Positions 54,056 to 64,000 of a DNA stretch of 64,000 nucleotides are shown here, in pieces (within the stretch, counting starts at the first letter, position 1; every line of letters begins with the position of its first letter). The stretch is from NCBI GenBank assembly GCA_015680685.1, contig MNCI01000312.1:124001-188000 (forward strand), read 5' to 3'. Source of the stretch: Gnetum montanum. Taxonomy: Eukaryota > Plantae > Gnetophyta. The notes under the pieces were generated by a model. The model worked only from the letters and a program-made list of their open reading frames with translations. It had not been told where the DNA came from and searched no databases. The translations under genes and the position numbers were made by a program.

Positions 54056-55691
54056 TTGGCCCCTCTTTGTTGATGCTTGGAGGAATTTACCTAAGAGGTG
54101 TCGACAAATAAGTACAAAACACCATGAGCAACTGGGTATCAAGCATTGGTCTTTGGCACTTGGCCAGATGTCATCGCACCGTGTTCAGAAGTACATGGGA
54201 TCGGGAAATAAGGTTTTGAGATGTATAGGGAGAAGATTTGTTACTATGAGATTAGGGATTGATGAAGGGATGATTTTTTTTAACTATGGGAAGGGGAATT
54301 CTCTTGTGTGAACACATCATGTTGGTCCTTGTCAATAGCCAATATCTAGCGAACTTGGGACCAAGGCATGGGATGTGCATCCTTTGGAGAAACGAGACTC
54401 TTGTATCCTATTTAAGAGAATTCATTGTCACAACGAAAGCCACATGATGAGGTGGTGCATTCTTTGGAGAAACAGGACCCTTGTTGAGTATCAAAGGAAA
54501 CCCGTTGTCCAACAGCCAAAGCCACACGGTGGGATGCAACATGATTATTTAAGACATGAGTGTTTTCTTCCAAGATAAGTACCTTCTTGCCTAGGGCTTG
54601 TATGGGAAGTGCCAAGGGTTCTGTGATGGATTTTGCTCTTTAATTTTATATATATATATATTTTTATCTTTTTTTTGTTTTTTATTTTTGGACAAAGCTC
54701 TCTTTCAATGTTATACTCGTGCTCGTGTTCTTGTATCTGTTTCATGTGTTGTGCTGTGTGTTGCAACTGCCTAGAGAGTTATAATGTGCAACCATGTGTT
54801 TAGAGTTTTGGGGTGACTAGGATGTATTTGGGAAATGTGACTGAATAGGGTAGAGAGAACATGCTAGGAAATTAGGGACATTTGGGAAATTGGAAATGTA
54901 CTTGTGAATGGTTTGATTAACTTAGTTACATGCATTAGGAATAATGTGGTACCTCATTGCTGTGATGAAGTGCATCCGTGTACGAACATCTCTGGGTGTC
55001 ATCCTGCAAACACAACTCTAAGAAGACAAGGAAACCATGAGTGAATTAGTTAGCTTAACACTTTAAACATGGATGCAATTGATGGGATGGAGACACCACA
55101 TGCGACTGCAGGCAAACAAAATTGAGCAATAGCAATGTTATCAGAGTCCATGTGATGAATTCATATAGCAGGTTGATGAAGACATGGCGTTTGATCTCAG
55201 CAATAGATTAGTAGGCTAGTGAAGAAGTTGCTAGTTTATAGTCTTGGAAGACTATTGTGGATTAGTTTTATGTCATAACCCGCTGAACATTGCCAGTTTA
55301 GCATCGTAGTGGACAGTGCAATGCTAGTTTATAGTCGTGGCAGACTATGGAGAGGCGAGCTAGTTTATAGTCTTAGTGGACTCTGTCAGATGAGAGTGTG
55401 GTAGTTTATTATCATTCCGGATGATCTATGGTATCAGTTTTAGGTCATGATGCCAAGATCGTTCTGTGGTATCAGTTTATCGTCATGATTCTAGGACGAT
55501 CTGTGGATGCATGCACGTACGTCAAGGTGATCCTACAATAGAAGAAACTAGAGAACATAATGTGAAGTAGTAACTGCTAAAAATAGAACCTAAATGCATA
55601 AGAAAAATAGAAAATAATGTGAAAAGTGGTAGTTTACAGCCTTTTCAGGCCATGCGTGGTAGTTTAAAGCCATATTGTGCCATGTGCTAGT

Positions 55692-58600
55692 TTAAGGCCT
55701 TTTTGGGCTGCATGTAAACGCGTAAGTTAGTACAATGCAAACGAAGGTGAGGTATGCACAACGAACAAAGGTGAAGAGTGGGTGGGGATCAGATGTGTTT
55801 TTGGTTGCAGGGGAGCCTTGATCATGTGGTTGTTTCCTAGCCGGACGTGGTCTAGGAGGTGTGCTAGGCTTTGGTTGCTCTGGGAGGCTTTCGATTTTTA
55901 CCACTCATTCTGGCATTTTAGCTCTAGGTGTTGCATTTGCTGCCATGGGTGTTCCATTAAGAGACTCTTCTTTCAAGACTTATGACATGTCTATGTTGTG
56001 GATGGCTTGAAAGGAAGTGTAATTTCCATGTATGATGACTTGTCCACCTTCATATGGAAGGCAGATTTCTTGATGTATTGGTGAGGAAATGGCCCATTGT
56101 TGGGCTAGCCAAGGTCTGCTAAGAATCATGTTGAAACTTGGCATCTCTTCTATGATAGTGAATTCTGCACTGGTGGGGAATTGTTCTCCTACCACAAAGG
56201 ATAAGTTGATTATGCCCTTAACTGTAACATGTGATCCTTTGAAGGATTTTAAGCACGTGGTTTTTCTTGGCATGATCTCGTCTGCCATGCCTAGTTTGTC
56301 GATGATGGAGTATAAAGCTACATTTGTTGCCATACCATCATCAATGTGCACTCTACGAATGGTACATTACCCAACACGTACACTAATCAACAATGGAGCT
56401 ATTGTGACCTCCCCTCGTTCGGTGTTGACTTTAACTACATCGTCGCAGGAGACTAAGGTGTTTGAACCCAATCCTTGTGGTGTGTGTTGCAAAATCGTTG
56501 CACGGATGGATTCCTTGTTTGCGGGGATGTCCTCCGTAATAGGAATGGATGCTAATGTTTGAGCCAAGGCTTCGTGGTGAGTGGCTGAAGTCATTACCAG
56601 GTTGTACAAGCTCATCATTGTGTTCTTCTATTTGAGCGTTTGTTTTACCTGGGCTAGTGCAGCTACGAAGTCTGTGTTGTTCGTTGTTGTTTTGGCTTTG
56701 GCTTCCTTCGTGTGGGTTGAGGGATGGGCCTCTTGCATAGAGGGATTGGGCTTGGTTTTCTTGAGATTAGGGGTAGGGCCCCTAGCATTCGGTTGTTGTG
56801 TACTAGGTGTGGCCTTTGCTTCAGTAATGGGAGTTGTTCGTGGTTCGTTTGTCCTCTTTTGATGCCATTTGGTAGGCTTACCCATGTTGTTGGCAAGATT
56901 GACTCTTGAGGGAGAAGAGGTTGAGACATTACCTATGGTTGGGCTCTAAGTAGGTGAGGGGCCATCGCATGGTGGCACCTTTATGACAAATGGTAGTTTG
57001 GAAGGAGTCGTTGATGTTTGACTAGCTTGTTGTGGCACCTTGATGATGAAAGGTTTCTTTGCGGTTGTGGTCGATGCATCATGCCAATTTAATGTCTTAG
57101 CTGACAATTTCGGTGGTACTTTGACCACGAAAGGTTTTACAGGTGCTCGAGGTGGCACTTGGATGACAATGGGAGGTCTCTTGCTCATAGAGGTGGAGGG
57201 GATCATTGCCTTGCTGAGAGACATATGGATCATGAAAGGTTGCTGCATAGGTTTGGGCTTGCTTCCTATGCTAATGGAGTTTATGACATAGGGGGCATCA
57301 TCTATCCTAGGTTGACTTAGGGTGTTGATTTTGAGTTGGCCCCATTCTATTATTGTCTGAAGATAATCCTGTAAGGCATGATAGTTGTCAGTATTGTAGC
57401 CAGACATCTGGTGGTAGTGACAGAATTGATCTAATTTGAAGTGTCATGGGACTGGGGACTTGTTTGGCGCTACTAAGGTGGGGTTCCTTAGTAGCTCACA
57501 GTACTTGTCGTGTCTTCGGCGGGCATTCTCCGCTACTTGTTTGTATTGGATTTGCTCGGTTTTGAGGAGTTTCTCTAGTAGTTTAGAGGGTCACGTGGGT
57601 AGCAGCATATACTTAGAGTGATCCTTACGCTGAAAGTTGGGCCTTGGGGTGGCCCTTGTCATTGCAGATGGGTTGGTGCTGATGTTTGTTGTTTTTGTGC
57701 TTGCGGCTATAGTTTCTATTGTTGTCTGTTGTTTGGAAACGTGTTGGTTCTTGTAAGCCACATAGGCGAGATCATTGCTAGTTTGTGCAGCTTGTTCAAT
57801 GTTCTTAATTTGCATGAAGGCTTGGTTCAATGTTTGAGCACTTAGGTAGTACAGCTTTGACTTAACAAAGTCATTCACGGTTCCCTTCAGAATTGTAAGC
57901 AAATATGTTTCAGGGATGGGCTCATGAAGTTCATTAAGGGCTGCACTCCATCGTTGAATGAACTTTTGCATAGGCTCTAGTGGTGCTTGTTTCACCTATA
58001 TTAGAGTGTCTAGTGTGGCCTCAGGCTTGAGGTTGTACTTAAATCAGGTGAAAAAATGATGTAACAGATCCTCCAGAGAGGATATGGAGTTACGTGGTAG
58101 GGCTCGGTACCAGTCTAAGGCACTGTTCGTTAGGAACATGGTGAACATGCGCAAGATTATGTGGGGCCAAGCTTGAAGCAATAGAGTTTCTGATCAAAAT
58201 GTGACTAAGTGAGCATTTGGATCTCCCTTTCTATTGTATTTAGCTAACTAGGGAAGTGTGATTCCCTTGGGTAAAGCTAATGGTAGCACTGAATAGCTAA
58301 TTGGATCATCATGGTAGAAGTCCAGTACTTTAACTACCTTGGTGTTGGCGGTTTTGAGGTGCTTTACCTCGTCAGCTAATGCTTTCATCCATTGTTTTGC
58401 TTTTGCCCACTCTTGAGCAGTAGGTAGATTAGTTGGTTGGGGAGATTGTTAGGTTGTCATTTGTTGCTGTGGAGCAACGTTCAGAGTTGTCGTTGCAAGG
58501 TGTGGCACGTTGAAGTGAGTGGGTTGTTGAATAAGGGGTATGGTTCCTTGCCTGGCCACAAACTTTGAAGTGACACCCTGGATGTGCAGAGCTGAAGTGA

Positions 58601-59099
58601 TGAAAGGGGCCCCATGTGTTTGCATGTGCAGTATGTATTGGGTGGAGGTGGATGTGGGTAATCTTTGTCGGGATACTAGTGCTTGTGTGCTCGTTGACAC
58701 TTGGTGAGGGGCTATTCATCCCATGCGAGGGTTGAATGATGGGTTCATGTAGGCATGGGGAGTGAGGATGTGGTATGAATCCTTAGGTTTAGATTGTGCC
58801 TTGAAGTCATCTACATCATGTTGGTTTTGGGGCTCCTCAGTGGGTCGCCGTGTGTTTTGGCTCCTTGCCAGAAGGAGCTACGAGATGAGTTGGTGGTGAG
58901 GCTTAGAAAGGGGGATGATGTCATATATAGAGGGGATGAATTCATGACCTCCCATGTATATGCGCTCAAAGTTTTTTTTTGCCTCCTGTTTTGTGATGTC
59001 AAGGGGAAGGTTAGCCTGAATCTTCATATAGATAAAGTTGTATTATTCCTGTGTGAGGATTACGAAGGTGCATGTGTTACAGTTCTGAGATGAATCCAT
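55692..59099 (-). pseudogene. gag-aspartic protease of element C, degenerate
   Basis: KYNRKGDPNAHLVTF, QAPLEPMQKFIQRW, HIDDGMATNV, FNMILSRPWL; homologous to A1 and A2 gag-PR. Confidence 0.88.
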
Positions 59100-59159
59100 G
59101 GTGATGTGTGAAAGGGCAGCGTATGGACTAGCTAACAAGTGCCAAGTGTGTTTTGGGCT

Positions 59160-59775
59160 AAGTGTGTAGCATGTGTAGCATATGGTCAAGGCTGAGTGTG
59201 CAGCGTGACTAGTGTGCAGCGTGTCAAGTCTGTGCGGTATGCAGCATGTGCAATGTGCAGCGTGTGCAAAACTGCAGCATGTGAAATCTACAGCATGTGA
59301 AATTTAAGTTGTCAAAAATTTTCTAAGTGTCCAGCATAAGAACCTGGCAGCGTGTGAACACTAAAAATTTGTCTAAGTGTCCAATGTGTAAACACTAAAA
59401 ATTTGTCTAAGTGTCCAGCGTGTGAACATTGAAAATTTGTCTAAGTGTCCAGGGTGTGAACATTGAAAATCTTTCTAAGTGTTGTTGTTGGAATGTACTT
59501 AGACCGGCTTGAAATTAGGTGTGAATTATGGTGAATTCAGCTTTGAAAGGGATGCATTTTGTGTGTTTTTGTTGAAAAAACACTGTAGTAGTACTATAGC
59601 AGCGTGAACACTGTAGCAGCGTAAGCATTGTACAGCGTGAGCACTATAGTAGCGTGAACACTGTAGCAGCGTAAGCAATGTAGCAGCGTGAACACTGTAG
59701 CAGTGTAAGCACTATACAACATGAGCACTATAGTAGCGTGAACACTGTAGCAGCGTTAACACTGTAGCAGTGTGG
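59160..59775. repeat. Tandem repeats in the element C leader (~35-bp and ~17-bp units)
   Basis: aaaatttgtctaagtgtccagcgtgtgaacact about 5 times (59315-59482); cactgtagcagcgtgaa about 11 times (59581-59772). Confidence 0.85.
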
Positions 59776-59844
59776 TTTCAACACTTGGTTTGGGCAGCGT
59801 TTGAACAGGTAATGTGATCAGTGTTTTGATTAAACAGAAAACAA

Positions 59845-59867
59845 GTTCGACTCTCCTTCTAGCGCCA
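59845..59867 (-). promoter_or_regulatory. Primer-binding site resembling the 3' end of plant cytosolic tRNA-Asn
   Basis: TGGCGCTAGAAGGAGAGTCGAAC, 6 nt from the LTR end; tRNA identity recalled from memory, not searched. Confidence 0.75.
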
Positions 59868-59873
59868 TTTTAC

Positions 59874-61743
59874 TATACCATCTGAAATCATCGGTGAGAG
59901 GCTAAAATGAATGGACACTGAGAGATCTATGGATGAAATAGTAAGATCTTGCCTTCGCCTGAGGGCAAGCTGGAAATCAACGGAGGAAGAGTGCCTTGAA
60001 TGGTTCGCATGTGGATCAAACGAGGAATTCCCCGAACGTACGCAATTGCGATGCATTGGGTTATACGTAAACAAATGCAAAACGGAATATAAAAAAATGA
60101 AAATGAATGTAAACTGTTTAAATGATAAATAATGAAAATAGCAAAAATGTAAATAGGAACAATAATGTAACTATAAGAATTTGGGCAATAATGTAAACTG
60201 TTTGTATTGATAAATAATTAGAATGTGCACCAGTTAGAATGCAGTCATAGATTGGTTACAAGGCGGATGTTTAGCCTCGATGGATGAATTTTCCCAACCC
60301 TGATCTAGTGGAAAAATAGGAGATTTATAGGATCTTGGGCGTGAGATTTGGATCTAGGAGAAGATCAATGGCTATGGGGTGAGAAAAGTTTGGATCAAGT
60401 GATAGGTGTGTGTGTTGATTGGATACACGAAATGTTACAATGTACAATGCGGCATCCAATATCTCTTATGCTGGCATGCGTAATGTCCAGCGTAAGAACT
60501 TGAAACACTAAAAAAATGTCAAAAATGCAACAAATGTTAATGTACAAGCATGGATCTGGGTGTCTGGCCTCCAGATCTATAGTTCTATGTTGTTTTTGTG
60601 CTTCCAAAGCCTCCAGCATGCATGGATCTAGATTTGATGTGTATGCATCCTATTCTGGCATCAGCGTCTGGTGTCCAGTATCCAGTGTCCAACGTATGAA
60701 AGTGTTTACGCTACTAGAAGCATGTCAGCGTGACTAATAGCGTATGACCTGAAAACAGTGCATTTTGAACTCATTTTTGATTTGTGAGACCCATTTTCAG
60801 AGTGGATTTGCATGCCATGGGTCATGAGGGTTATGTGTGCCAAATTTGGGCTGATTTGAATGTCGTTTTGGCCCTGTTTTGGTTGATGACACTGGGAATT
60901 ACGCTATGTAGTGTTTGAAAAAGTAACCCTAGCGTCACCAACTGAAAATACCTCATTTAAGGCTGAAATGTTGATTTTTGGGAGGCTAGGAGCTACTGGG
61001 GGCCTTGGTGAAGGTCATGGGGGGGTCCTTGTGCTCGATTTTGGCCTATTTTGGCTCAGTTTTATGGCTCAAAAAGTTGGTGACGCTGATCCTTACGCTA
61101 TGCAACGTTTGAAAAGTAACCCCAGCGTCACCAAGTCAAAAATGGCATATTTGAGGCCTAAATTTTGATTTTTTGGAGGCTAGGAGTTGCTGGGGGCCTT
61201 GCTGAAGGTCATGGGGTGTCCTTGTGCTTGATTTTGGCCTATTTTGTATCAGTTTTGGGGCTCCAAAAGTTGGTGACGTTGATCCTTACGCTATGCAGCA
61301 TTTGAAAAGTAACGCTAGCATTACCAAGTCACAATGGCACATTTGAGGCCCAAATTTTGATTTTCTAGAGGCTGGGAGTTACTAGGGGCCTTGGTGGAGG
61401 TCATGGGGGGTCCTTGTGCTTGATTTTGGCCTATTTTGACTCAGTTTCGGGGCTCCAAAAGTTGGTGACGCTAATCCTTACGTTGTGCAGCGTAAGAAAA
61501 TGTAACCAAAGTGCACTTAGCCAAAACCAAGAATTTTGAGCCTAAAAATTTTGATTCTAGATGCCATAAGTTGATGCAGTTGCTTGTGGGCCCTAGGGGA
61601 ACCTTGCCTATTGAATCGTAAACCATCAGGGGTTGTTTCAGAGGCCTCTAAGTTTGGTCATGCTGTACTCATGCTTGGGCAGCTGCATGACTTAACTTGA
61701 ATCTTGTTTGAAAGTTATAGGCCAAAATTTTGTGGTGTTTTCA
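59874..61743 (-). repeat. 5' LTR of element C with three ~193-bp internal repeats (60900-61490)
   Basis: Units begin acgctatg at ~60901, ~61095 and ~61288. Confidence 0.93.
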
Positions 61744-63604
61744 ATGGCCATGTTGTGATTTCATGTGTTAACTAGTTTCTCATACTTTATAGTTGTAGGT
61801 AAGTGATAGGTCATGGAAGCCCATGATGTTGTAGAGGAGGAACAAAGACATGTGAAGGAGTTACTCTCATAGCCTAAGGTGGTCATTCATGATTTAGATG
61901 TCTTATTTGGTGAGGTGGTACTAGGTACATATCCCATCATCATCCCAGAGGAGTAAGAGTAGGAGAAGAGGCTAGGTATGCCCATGCCTCAATGCTTTTG
62001 TTTTATCTCATTATTTATCTTTGGTTTTTATCCTAACCTTTCAATGATTGTTATGCTTACAGTAGTTACTGAGCCACTAGTGCAAGCAACTATCCCTAAG
62101 TTTTGTGTGAAGCCATGGGTGGAGACTCTATACAAGGTGAAGTTTATGCATGGAATGGGTAAGAACATCATTGATCGATTGCACCAGGTTGCACCCAAGA
62201 TAGATAAGTATTTTGTTTTATACTGTAGTTATAGGCTGTGCTTGCGTTATGACTATCTTAGGTTATGAATTATGTTTATGGTTGTATTTTATGCTTGTGC
62301 AATGCCTTCCATGGAGTGGGACACTAGCATAGATATGGAGATTGACTCCTTACCTAAGCTTTCTTCTAATATATCTACTATACCCTTGAAGTTGTACAAG
62401 ACTGCTATTGATCTAGCAATGTCATGCACAAAATCTTCATGGGAGCTAGAAAGGTCCAATGAATCCCTATGGGAGGAAGTTATGATCTTAAGAAAAAAGA
62501 ATAAATGGTAGGAGGAAACTATTAGAGATCTTTGAGATTGTAAGGGCTTTGTGAAGGCCGAAGTGACTAACTCGAGGGAGATTTAGACTAGGGAGATCAT
62601 GTGGGCCTATTATTGGCATGTCATTTAGGACAAAGTAGCAATCCTATGAGAGATGGCAAAATAACATATGTAGATGGACCTCATTTTCTAGAAGGTTGAG
62701 GACTGGAAAGATCATTGTACTTGGGTCCTAGAGTGGGGTAAGAAACAAAAGGTCCATAAGCGATAGTACAAGGTAGATCATGGAGCCTACCTTAAGTGGC
62801 TTAATGAGAAGTTAGTCGAATGATGCAAGAGAGAATTGTTCATCCAAGGGATCTAGGCAGAGAGTGTTTATTAGCTTCTTGAAAGTACTCTCATGGTGGA
62901 GCAATACCTTACTCTATAGATTACAAATATTGTAGGTGATACTTCTATGGATGTTGCTACCTAGAAGCCTCCTACTTGGATAGTTATAGATAGGACCAAC
63001 ATCCTCTCTAGCATTGATCTTAGGGATGTTGACTGGGTCTCCATGATGGAGGACCAAATTTTCCATCATTTGGAGAAAGGTCTTTCCTATCTACCCCTAG
63101 AGGTAATGAAGCCAGAATCTCAATAGGTTTGGTATATTCTATGTTTTAGTTTCTAACTTATGGTTTTAATTTTGCCTATGGGTTGCTAACTAGCTATATG
63201 CTGTTACATTTTAGGCCTTAAGAGACATTGGTGACCCTAGTAGTAAGGGTGGGAATGACCTACCACTTCCTTCTCTAGATGCCACTCAATAGCCTCTATT
63301 AATTTAGCTTGTTGGCTATTTGTTTTTATTTTCATGTTGATGGCTATGTTTAGCCAAGACTATGTTATATATGGTTGTTATTATTTGAGGTTTTTCCCAC
63401 ACAGTGTTACCATGGCTTATGTATGTTATGGACATTTTAACTTTGAATTTAAATTTTGGTTTTATTTTTTGGCTATATGTATCTAAGGTTTTAGTAAATG
63501 TTGTAAATGTTAAGAATGGCTATGTTGACTTTTTGGTTATAACATTAAATAGATAATCAATGTGATAATAGGCTAAGAAAAGAGAGATATAATAATAAGG
63601 GGGA

Positions 63605-63850
63605 TGTTTGCTAGTTTTAGGCCATCACAAGCACAAGTTCTATAGTTTTGCTAGTTTAAGGCCATGGCTAGCCATGATGCATTGTGATTACTTTGCCAGT
63701 TTATGGTCATGGTGGGCCATAATGCCAATATAATGTTTTAGAAGTTGGAGATACTAATTTAAGGTCATAGTAAACCATGTGTGATTATCTTTGTCAGTTT
63801 AAGACCATGGTGGGTCATGATGCCAATTTAAGGTCTTAGTGAACTAGCTA
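63605..63850 (-). repeat. Post-protease short-unit array of element D (gag-PR expected beyond the window end)
   Basis: Reverse complement of the array at 15440-15555, in the same position relative to the antisense gene tail as in A1. Confidence 0.65.
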
Positions 63851-64000
63851 TGAAAAAGAAGTGTATTTATAAGGACTTTTTGATGTTTATAACATAAGAG
63901 AAAATAAAGAAAGGTGTAGCAAATAGGTAAAAATGCAAATGAACTTAGGATACATGCATAAAGAGTAAAACAAAAAATTGCATAAAAAGATATAATCAAC

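Larger units (their letters stand above)
52307..61743 (-). mobile_element. Complete non-autonomous gag-protease-only LTR element (element C)
   Basis: LTRs 52307-54055 and 59874-61743; TSD atggt/atggc (one mismatch); PBS 59845-59867; PPT 54056-54069; no RT, RH or INT motifs. Confidence 0.92.
50323..63290 (+). pseudogene. Antisense multi-exon accessory gene of element D (PMD-like plus coiled coil), split by element C
   Basis: Candidate introns GT50425-AG50488 and GT50736-AG50817 plus several more; exon peptide VIDSFDEKIAHFSNIILGVKVNMDIGVGLFHDLFSVPTNG resembles PMD; coiled coil ELERSNESLWEEVMILRKK; homologous to 16000-19733 (-). Confidence 0.6.

Noticed and set aside
59845-59867. tRNA gene (GTTCGA...CCA)
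   Set aside because: Only about 23 nt of a tRNA 3' end next to an LTR; this is a primer-binding site.

Overview
Repeat-saturated, CpG-depleted land-plant genomic DNA made almost entirely of nested retrotransposons; I found no intact host gene. (1) Several copies of a Ty3/gypsy Tat/Ogre-like family with a tRNA-Asn-type PBS: A1 (2892-20233, +), A2 (20234-39623, +), D (39624 to beyond 64000, -, carrying RT-RH-aRH-INT) and a complete gag-protease-only element C (52307-61743, -). (2) A complete non-autonomous Athila-like element B (26884-35484, -, TSD CCAAG). (3) A GC-rich, apparently full-length L1-type LINE (4946-11497, +, 16-bp TSD, poly-A). (4) A small leucine-rich-repeat extensin (LRX) gene fragment. 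The standout is the LINE: its ORF2 frame continues past the usual C-terminus into a plant-transposon accessory-type domain, then, after one inferred frameshift, a long coiled coil and an HPD-containing J-domain (DnaJ/Hsp70 co-chaperone), all inside the TSDs. Second, the Tat/Ogre-like family appears to split pol with a roughly 10-kb protease-RT intron that hosts an antisense, multi-exon PMD-like gene. Third, element B has an internal copy of its LTR promoter motif array upstream of a spliced accessory ORF. All domain calls come from reading motifs by eye; no database searches were run.
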